This document shows positions 56,910 to 64,000 of a stretch of 64,000 nt of DNA, in pieces (the first letter of the stretch is position 1; each line of letters opens with the position of its first letter). The DNA is taken from the IMG/VR virus record IMGVR_UViG_3300028840_008160, positions 248,001 to 312,000 of that record. One strand, given 5' to 3'. The notes under the pieces were generated by a model that was not told the origin of the DNA, made no database searches, and was given only the letters and a program-made list of their open reading frames with translations. The position numbers and the translations under genes are program-made.

Positions 56910-58841
56910 ATGAATCATTTCTCACAAATTAGCAAAGAATTTTCAAAGCATGCAATTGCAAAAGTTGCTAAAAGTTGGGATGAGTTGTCATTAAATAAGC
57001 AGTATGAGTATCTAAAGAAGCATGCATCAGTGACAAAAACTGCTAGAAAATGGGATGACTTGTCCTATGATGAACAACGAGCTTATTTAAAACGGCATCC
57101 AAAAAGCAAACGTAAAATAACTGCTAGGCCTTCTGCAAGAAAAGAAGCCCCGCAAGAAGATATCAAAAAACCAAAAGTAAAACCTTCTGGCACATCTGAT
57201 ATTAATGAAAACACTTTTCCATTTTTGAAATATTATACACGCGAGTCGGCAAGACAAAAAGTGTTGAGTGCTTTGTCAGCTGCTCAAGAAGCTGTCACTA
57301 GTGGTACAGCATATTTTGATGATTTGAATACATTGTCTAAATTAATTTCAAATGATCCTAATTTACATCTTGATAGAATTATTGGAAGACTTGATAAAAG
57401 AATGTCGAAGGAAGACGTTAAATCATTGTCAAGTAAATTAGGACTCGGATGGTCGACTGATTCACCTAAGGGTGTTAAACAGGTTTGGAGATTTCTTCGT
57501 TCTGGTGAAGATTTGCAAAAAGCGACTAAACAACTTGCTAGTAATATAGCTGCAGTAAAGTTCAATGATAATGAACGACCAATAGTTAATAAATTGCAGC
57601 AGGTTCTTAAAGATTATAAGCCTCTTCTTGAATTACATGACAAATTAAAACAGACAAGAATGGAAAAAGGCTATAGGCCCAAAGAAAAGAAGCCTATTGA
57701 AGTTAATATTGATCAGCCTTTAGAAAAACGTTATCCATTTGTTGGATCTGTCGAAACACATGTTCATAAATTGAGGCAATCTGGAGATGAAAAATCTGTA
57801 GAATCATGGCAACATCGACATGACAAACTAGTTCAAGCACTCGAAGTTGCAGATGAAAGTTTGCAAGAAGGACAAATCTTCAACATTGATTATAAAGAAT
57901 TGAAAGATCGCATTAGTTCTGCTATGCCAAAAGTTGAGATCTATAATTTAGTTGAAAAACATGGTGGTGATAGACAGGCATCACCTGATATTTATTTTTA
58001 TGGACTGAATGAGTTGCCAAAAGCTGTTAGAACTGCAGAAGGATATACTAATAGTAGAAACCCTGCAATTGCTGCTGCAGCAAAAGAATGGCTAGAAATT
58101 TATCAACCATTTTTGGCTGCTAGAGAATTGTTAAAGCAACTCAAGCCTATGATTGTGAAAGGTCGTAAGCCTGATCCAAATGCACCAGAAAAATATGTTC
58201 CACCTGCAGGAGCAATAAAAGATCTTAGAAAAGTAAATGAATTATTAACAGGCATGACTGATAATATTCGTAAGCGCGTAATTGATAGTTCAAAACGTTA
58301 CTATCGTGATGTTGTTGATACGTATATAAATGAAACAAATGGAATGATATCACCTCATGAATGGGCGAAAGAAAAACGAAATAACTTTTATCCACAAGTA
58401 TTAAATGTATTAGTACATCAAACTGGTGATTATGGTAAACAAATATATAAGCCGATTGATGCAATAGATAAGAGAATTGATTTAATGGCAGAACGAGACG
58501 GAGAAGCCGTATTACAAAGATTCATTGCTAAAAATGCTGATAAGTTAGCATCTATTATTGGAGAAAAAGGTGGATTGAAACAGGCATCTTCGCTTGGTAT
58601 TCAAATTGAAGGTCATGACATCAGTGGTAAAATGAGGTTTAAGTTTGATGATGGTAGTATGTTTGATGTTTGGAGCAGTGTAGTACTTCATTTTAGTAGT
58701 GGTGGGAGACTAACTTCTGGTCAGCCATTTTATAGGTATCCAACAACTTTTCATAATATTGTTACACCAAATGGTGAAACAATGAGGGCAGCAACGGAAG
58801 AATGGATGAATGAAACGTTTACTGAATTAAAAACTGCATGA
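56910..58841 (+). CDS. Large leader-family protein with a duplicated W..L..Q..YL module
   Basis: MNHFSQISKEFSKHA..KVAKSWDELSLNKQYEYLKKH..KTARKWDDLSYDEQRAYLKRHPKSKRK. Confidence 0.7.
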   Translation: MNHFSQISKEFSKHAIAKVAKSWDELSLNKQYEYLKKHASVTKTARKWDDLSYDEQRAYLKRHPKSKRKITARPSARKEAPQEDIKKPKVKPSGTSDINENTFPFLKYYTRESARQKVLSALSAAQEAVTSGTAYFDDLNTLSKLISNDPNLHLDRIIGRLDKRMSKEDVKSLSSKLGLGWSTDSPKGVKQVWRFLRSGEDLQKATKQLASNIAAVKFNDNERPIVNKLQQVLKDYKPLLELHDKLKQTRMEKGYRPKEKKPIEVNIDQPLEKRYPFVGSVETHVHKLRQSGDEKSVESWQHRHDKLVQALEVADESLQEGQIFNIDYKELKDRISSAMPKVEIYNLVEKHGGDRQASPDIYFYGLNELPKAVRTAEGYTNSRNPAIAAAAKEWLEIYQPFLAARELLKQLKPMIVKGRKPDPNAPEKYVPPAGAIKDLRKVNELLTGMTDNIRKRVIDSSKRYYRDVVDTYINETNGMISPHEWAKEKRNNFYPQVLNVLVHQTGDYGKQIYKPIDAIDKRIDLMAERDGEAVLQRFIAKNADKLASIIGEKGGLKQASSLGIQIEGHDISGKMRFKFDDGSMFDVWSSVVLHFSSGGRLTSGQPFYRYPTTFHNIVTPNGETMRAATEEWMNETFTELKTA

Positions 58842-58868
58842 GTTAATCTCTCCTTATGTTTGTGAAAG

Positions 58869-58908
58869 AAAAGCTACTCATCTTCCTTATTTGAGTAGCT
58901 TTTTCTTT
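58869..58908 (+). terminator. Intrinsic terminator
   Basis: AAAAGCTACTCA-11nt-TGAGTAGCTTTT then T-rich. Confidence 0.75.
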
Positions 58909-59018
58909 TGTTTCGATGTTAGCTATGATAATTCACATAGTGAATTTGAATCTAAGAATTTCTTTGTCTTCTTGAATGACTATTATTCAATAATAAGAGT
59001 TTTATCAAGGACTAAGTT

Positions 59019-60089
59019 ATGAACATATTGTTTGTAGGTGGCACGTTTGATGATACTGGTGGAAAAGCATCTGGCTATATGACAAAACTTAGCAGCGCAG
59101 TTCATCGAATTTTTCAGTCACAAATGAAAGACGGTGATTCGTTTGTAATACAAAACGGCGGTAATTATAATGACTTGTCAGCTATAAGTTGCGCATGTGA
59201 TCTTTTATTTTGGTTTCCTAACATACCAAATGATAAACCCAAAATTGTTGACAACATTAAGATGAGCTATCCCAAAATGATTTTGGTCGAATCTAAAAAT
59301 AATAAGCAGGAAAAGTACACACATTTTCATCTTATTGCTAGAATGTTGAAGCACAAAACTAATTTAATGATCGAGTTTACTGGAACACGTGTAACATGCG
59401 CTTCAATTCTAGATCCTTTAGGTAACGCATTTACAATGCATGATGATAATATTGATTCAGTGGCAGTAAGATTAGCGTCACGTTGTATAGAATTATTATC
59501 ATTTACTCGAGTGAAAAGCGTTAGTATAGGTGGCGCGATACAATGTGATGATATTCCAGAATTTTTTAAAATTGTTAGAGAACGATCAGACACATTTCAT
59601 GAACTTATACATGCAGCTAATACGTCAAGATTTTTGGGTAACATATCATTTAGATGCGAATCAGGATTTCCTTCTCTTAGACGAGGTGATTTGATATTTG
59701 TATCGCAACGAAACGTTGACAAGCGACAAATTTCTGCTGAATCAATGGTAGCTGTATTAATGACTTCAACGCCAGATGTTCGATATTATGGACATACTAA
59801 GCCATCTGTTGACACGCCTATTCAACGTTTGTTGTATGATTATTATCCAAATGTCAACTACATGTTGCACTCGCATGTATATGTTGACGGTATGATGATG
59901 ACACAGAATGTCATTCCTTGTGGAGCGATAGAAGAGTTTCTAGAAGTTATATCATTGAATACCAATCATGAATCATCTGATTTTTGCGTTAATTTGAAAG
60001 GTCATGGATCACTTGTGTTAGCAAACAGTCTTGCCTATTTGAATCACGTGACATATATAGCAAGACCTTTTCCAGAAGCGCAAATATGA
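59019..60089 (+). CDS. Protein with a C-terminal class II aldolase/adducin domain
   Basis: KPSVDTPIQ..LY, MLHSHVY, NLKGHGSL. Confidence 0.75.
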   Translation: MNILFVGGTFDDTGGKASGYMTKLSSAVHRIFQSQMKDGDSFVIQNGGNYNDLSAISCACDLLFWFPNIPNDKPKIVDNIKMSYPKMILVESKNNKQEKYTHFHLIARMLKHKTNLMIEFTGTRVTCASILDPLGNAFTMHDDNIDSVAVRLASRCIELLSFTRVKSVSIGGAIQCDDIPEFFKIVRERSDTFHELIHAANTSRFLGNISFRCESGFPSLRRGDLIFVSQRNVDKRQISAESMVAVLMTSTPDVRYYGHTKPSVDTPIQRLLYDYYPNVNYMLHSHVYVDGMMMTQNVIPCGAIEEFLEVISLNTNHESSDFCVNLKGHGSLVLANSLAYLNHVTYIARPFPEAQI

Positions 60090-60276
60090 AATTTGTTAAG
60101 GAAATCATAAGAAAACATAAATTGAGAAAGATGAATCAGCTAATTAGAGATACTGAAAACTTTATAGCATGTGCAGATAGTGATAATGCTCTGTCATTAG
60201 CTAGAAACTGTCGCAAACGAAGATCTGAATTAGTTGATTTGTTAGAAAAGCTCGAACAAAAGAAACGAGAACTAGA

Positions 60277-61440
60277 ATGAAGACAGCAATTTACGCTTTG
60301 TCAGCTGATCCAATTACATATGGCCATATCAATATTGTTGATCGAGCATTAGCAGTATTCGATAAAGTTGTTGTAGCTATTGGAAATAATCAGACCAAAA
60401 AGTATACGTTTACATTGGATGAGAGAGAACAACTTGCAAAAGCTGTTTTTTCTGGTAAAAAGTATGAAAATCGTATTGAGGTTGCATCATTTAGAGGCTT
60501 ATTAGTTGATTTTGCGTTTGAACAAAGCATCACGACGATCATTCGCGGTGTGCGAAATACGACTGATTTTACTTTTGAACAGGTGTTAAATGATGTTAAT
60601 CAGTCACAACGTCTTGGTGTAGACATTTATATACTTATAGCAGATCAAACATTGTCACATGTGAGTTCGAGTGCTGTTAAAGAATTACAAGCTAATTCTG
60701 GTAAGAATATTTTAGACTATGTACCTTTAGCAATCAAAGAAGCTTTAGAGATAAGAATAAGTAAACAATTTAGAATCGGGATTACTGGCTCAATTGGTGC
60801 TGGCAAATCATTTGTGTCTAAAAAATTGCGAAAGTATAATAATGATATTAAACATATCAATATCGATGATATTGGCAGATACATTGTTACTGAGTCACAA
60901 CATCCAATAGATGTTCGAACTAGAGAGCAATTAGCTAAAATGTTAAATCTTAGTTTACCGATGTCATTAGATACATTAACTAATTGCATCTTTGGCAATG
61001 CTAATGCATTGCATACATTTAATGAACTTATGCAGGAACCTATTTTATTGAAATTAAGACAACAATTATTTGGTCTTAAAGGCATTATACTTATCGAGTC
61101 TGCAATTTTCGCAGAAACTCATACATCTCATGTTGTCAACAATAATATGATATTAGTAAGCGCATCTAATGATGTTTGTTACGAACGACTTAAATCTAGA
61201 TACAAATTTTTAGCTGATATAAGTGATTCAAAAATAGATGAAGACATTGTACGCAGAATGAGTAGTCAATTTTGTACTGATGACAAACGACGTAGTTTAG
61301 AAGCTGACATCGCAAAAGCAGGACACGGAACAATTATTGATTTTTGTAATGATAAACCATATCAAAGTGATTTTGAAGATTTACTTGTGCGAGTTGAAAA
61401 ATTATCTAAATTGAAAATAACAGGTGATGTAAATGAGTAG
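60277..61440 (+). CDS. coaD: Phosphopantetheine adenylyltransferase / dephospho-CoA kinase fusion (CoaD-CoaE)
   Basis: SADPITYGH, IIRGVR, HVSSSAVKEL; C-terminal IGITGSIGAGKS, ESAIFAE, RMSSQ. Confidence 0.88.
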   Translation: MKTAIYALSADPITYGHINIVDRALAVFDKVVVAIGNNQTKKYTFTLDEREQLAKAVFSGKKYENRIEVASFRGLLVDFAFEQSITTIIRGVRNTTDFTFEQVLNDVNQSQRLGVDIYILIADQTLSHVSSSAVKELQANSGKNILDYVPLAIKEALEIRISKQFRIGITGSIGAGKSFVSKKLRKYNNDIKHINIDDIGRYIVTESQHPIDVRTREQLAKMLNLSLPMSLDTLTNCIFGNANALHTFNELMQEPILLKLRQQLFGLKGIILIESAIFAETHTSHVVNNNMILVSASNDVCYERLKSRYKFLADISDSKIDEDIVRRMSSQFCTDDKRRSLEADIAKAGHGTIIDFCNDKPYQSDFEDLLVRVEKLSKLKITGDVNE

Positions 61441-61565
61441 TAATATTTTTAAATGTAAAAAAACATGGTTGGTCTTTATTTGTTCAAAAAGATAATTCGC
61501 GCCCTTGTAACATATATGCGTGTTTAGCTTGTAAAGAAGAAAAAGAAAAAAGAAAGAAGACCTTC

Positions 61566-61958
61566 ATGAAATACGGTCTTGATTTTCATGGTGTTATAGA
61601 CACATTTCCACAGCAGTTTTGTGATTTTAGTCATACTATGGCTAAACAAGGTCATGAAATTCATGTCATTACTGGAAGCATGTTTAACGAGAAGTTCAAA
61701 GCTAAGTTAGATAGTTTTAATATTCATTATGACAAAATCTTTTCTGTGTCTAATTATTTGATTGCAGAACACAGAAAAGTCCATTTTTCTAGCCCTGACA
61801 ATCCATGGTTTGACGAAACCGAATGGCGACAACAAAAAGGGTTATATTGTAAACGTGAAAAGATTGATATGCATTTTGATGATGGAGAAGAGTATGCTCC
61901 ATATTTTGAACCACCAACAATATTTATGTTGGTAAAACCACCGATTGTAAGATCATGA
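61566..61958 (+). CDS. Small HAD-like phosphatase (phage type)
   Basis: GLDFHGVID, VITGS, K..YC, HFDD. Confidence 0.6.
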   Translation: MKYGLDFHGVIDTFPQQFCDFSHTMAKQGHEIHVITGSMFNEKFKAKLDSFNIHYDKIFSVSNYLIAEHRKVHFSSPDNPWFDETEWRQQKGLYCKREKIDMHFDDGEEYAPYFEPPTIFMLVKPPIVRS

Positions 61959-62389
61959 AAATTGTAGTTAATAACAGAAAGGCTTTTCATGACTACAGTG
62001 TGATTGACACGATCGAAGCCGGTATTGAATTGGTTGGCACAGAAGTCAAGTCAATTCGTGTAGGTAAAATCAACTTAATGGACAGTTATGCGCAATGCTT
62101 AAATGGTGAAGCTTACATCATACATTTGCATATCAGTCCATACAAACAAGGTTATGATAATCATGACCCATATCGAAAGCGCAAATTATTATTGCGCAAA
62201 CGTGAAATATCAAAATTGAAATCTGATATAGATCAGAAAGGTCTCACTCTAATTCCACTCAAAGTGTATTTTAAAGGACAACGTGTTAAGATTGAGTTGG
62301 GATTGTGTCGAGGCAAAAAGAAATATGACAAACGAGAATCGATCAGAGCAAAAGAAACAAAACGACAACTTTCTAGGTTAGGAGTTTGA
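61955..62389 (+). CDS. smpB: SsrA-binding protein SmpB
   Basis: NRKAFHDY, EAGIEL.GTEVKSIR, RKLLL.K.EI, GLTLIPLKVYFK, GKKKYDKRE. Confidence 0.97.
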   Translation: MKIVVNNRKAFHDYSVIDTIEAGIELVGTEVKSIRVGKINLMDSYAQCLNGEAYIIHLHISPYKQGYDNHDPYRKRKLLLRKREISKLKSDIDQKGLTLIPLKVYFKGQRVKIELGLCRGKKKYDKRESIRAKETKRQLSRLGV

Positions 62390-62390
62390 T

Positions 62391-62594
62391 ATGCTTGGTA
62401 GAGTAGTTGTTTGGACAGTACTCGGTGGAAAAGGTTTCGCATTAGGGCCTATTTTGTTAGTAGGAGCTGCTGTTGGAGCATTACTTACTGGTTTTGGATA
62501 TTTAATGGGAAAAAAATCAGCAATAAATGAGTGTGAAGATGAAAACGAAGTCGAAGTTGACGATGACGACAATACACCTCACGGTATTGGTTAA
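62391..62594 (+). CDS. Small Gly-rich membrane peptide with an acidic tail
   Basis: WTVLGGKGFALGPILLVGAAVGA...ECEDENEVEVDDDD. Confidence 0.55.
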   Translation: MLGRVVVWTVLGGKGFALGPILLVGAAVGALLTGFGYLMGKKSAINECEDENEVEVDDDDNTPHGIG

Positions 62595-62613
62595 ACGTTC
62601 GTCTCTGTATAGT

Positions 62614-62641
62614 ATGGCCGGATTTTCCGGCCATTTTTTTT
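62614..62641 (+). terminator. Intrinsic terminator
   Basis: ATGGCCGGA-ttt-TCCGGCCAT then T-run. Confidence 0.85.
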
Positions 62642-63572
62642 GATAACTACGACAATTAGATTGATTACTCTTCTATGACATCAAAAGATGAATATGTAAA
62701 AGCAGCTGAAACTCGAATTGTCCAAACTGCAAAGCAAATTGGCGCAGAAATTCCTGCGTTTGTAAGAACTGCAATTTTGGTCGAGCTTAAAACTTTATAT
62801 GACATTGGACAAAGATCTGTTTCTGAAAGGAACGATTCAGATGCTACAACCTCTTCGATTGAATGATCGCGCACTCAAGAATCTTGGGTTTGCAGATGAC
62901 GATATTCGAAATTTCTCTGAAATTGCTCGATGGGTTGATTTTGTCGAGACGATTGGCACTGGCACGAGTTTATCGAATGCTTTTAGAATTGTAGCTAAAG
63001 GTCGAGAAATGGCCGACAGAATTAGATCATTAAATTCATTATTAGAAAGACTTGGGATACCGAAAGTAGATGAAGCGTCAACGAGCGAACAATGAGTGTT
63101 TATGTTAAATCCAGATATCAATATTGATAGTAACTCTACACGAAGAAACTGCTGAATAGATCAAATTTTGATAATATAACTATTTCTTTACGATTGAAGG
63201 TTAATGTTAAATGAATGTGCCTCGCAAATGTAGTCTTTCAACAAATCACAGTCCAAAAGGTCGTAAAGCTCCTCACAAAGGTCATCCGAAAGGTCCGTGG
63301 CGATTTGAGAATGGGATGTCATTAAGTCAACGAATTACACAGATGAAAATTGATGAAGTTCTTAAAATACGTGCTTATGGATATAAATATAGAACTGTAT
63401 TCAAAATTGCTAAAGATCACGATTTTAAAATTGCTACTAGACTTGTTGGCGATGGTAAATATGTTAACATTTACAGACTTACTTGAAAACAAAAATATGA
63501 GTAAATATTCTTTGATACACGTGATTAACGACGACAAAGAATTTACAAAGTATTTTAACTGGCTATTTACAC

Positions 63573-64000
63573 ATGCAGAAAACGCATTTTGAACGATTTA
63601 AATCGTCACCATTTTGGTATTTGTTTGAAGATCAATTCAAACAATGCGAAATGTTTGACACTAATAAATATCCAATTTCTGAAGTTGCACTTTACAAAGT
63701 GTTTGCTCAAAATAGCACTAATTCATCACTTGATCTCTCATTAGCGATGCATTTATATCATGCATGGAAAGATGGTAATTTTTATGAGCTTACACCTGCT
63801 TTATGCGATGTTTTAACAAAAACTGAATATAGAGATGTTGACACACGATTTATTAGAGTGCCAGAAAGGTCAATGTATTTATCATTACCGAAAGGCAATG
63901 GTCTTGTTGTTCCTTGTAATCAAACAGGGCGATTACACAATGCTGAAGGTATTTATCTAACTTTTCTTGAATTTGAACAGCCATCAACAATTCTTCTAGG
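63573..64000 (+). CDS. Hypothetical protein running off the 3' end (absent from the ORF track)
   Basis: Open frame from ATG 63573: MQKTHFERFKSSPFWYLF...ELTPALCDVLTKTEYRDVDTRFIRVPERSMYLSLP. Confidence 0.6.
   Translation, partial: MQKTHFERFKSSPFWYLFEDQFKQCEMFDTNKYPISEVALYKVFAQNSTNSSLDLSLAMHLYHAWKDGNFYELTPALCDVLTKTEYRDVDTRFIRVPERSMYLSLPKGNGLVVPCNQTGRLHNAEGIYLTFLEFEQPSTILL

Larger units (their letters stand above)
1..64000. mobile_element. Segment of a large (jumbo/huge) bacteriophage genome, accessory-gene region
   Basis: Dense co-oriented short ORFs with ATGA/TAATG overlaps; T4-like PNKP and RNA ligases; isolated host-like genes (smpB, coaD-coaE); no housekeeping operons. No hallmark capsid or terminase gene in the window, so this is inferred. 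Confidence 0.75.

Noticed and set aside
61530-61562. Purine-rich run before the HAD gene
   Set aside because: Low complexity with no periodicity or structure to support a function.
2706-63537. Most short minus-strand and nested ORFs in the ORF track (e.g. 6652, 13089, 18553, 54015, 60717)
   Set aside because: Antisense shadows of well-supported + strand genes, with no SD or motifs.
1-64000. Genome-wide stop-codon reassignment (code 15, 4 or 25)
   Set aside because: ORFs of up to 1324 aa are intact under code 11, and TAG, TGA and TAA all end genes in overlap or SD contexts. Only limited read-through remains possible.
1-64000. tRNA, tmRNA or rRNA genes
   Set aside because: No cloverleaf, T-loop in a proper stem context, or ssrA termini recognised by eye; a tRNAscan/ARAGORN run could still find some.
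1-64000. Cellular (CPR/DPANN) chromosome or integrated element
   Set aside because: No ribosomal, tRNA-synthetase or replication clusters, and no integrase, transposase or att sites in 64 kb. Not fully excluded without the rest of the contig.

Overview
AT-rich, gene-dense, almost entirely + strand window. It has no ribosomal, replication or core-metabolism operons and many short ORFans, alongside phage-typical accessory genes (T4-like PNKP, two RNA ligases, Tpt1/KptA, SmpB, CoaD-CoaE, ParB-like, STAS, alpha-CTD-like, holin-like). The best reading is an accessory region of a jumbo/huge phage; no capsid, terminase or polymerase gene is visible here, so this is inferred. Main unexplained structure: (1) about 12-13 otherwise unrelated ORFs share an N-terminal leader M-[KRN]-H-x-A-Q-I-Q-x-E-F-x-[KR]-x-A, and 7 of them also carry a WDDLxYEEQKxYLxRHPxSKR module. 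Several of their transcription units have anti-Shine-Dalgarno hairpins enclosing a shared promoter-like motif, which suggests a late-expressed capsid-cargo targeting system. (2) A tightly coupled 10-kb operon: MoxR-like AAA+, unknown, HExxH-vWA and two paralogous GHKL ATPases, one membrane-embedded. (3) A tandem Myb/SANT-like protein followed directly by a six-copy 16-bp repeat array and an AT-rich tract. About ten small genes are broken by a single stop or indel, so assembly error or decay must be considered throughout. All functional calls come from motif recognition by eye; no database search was run.
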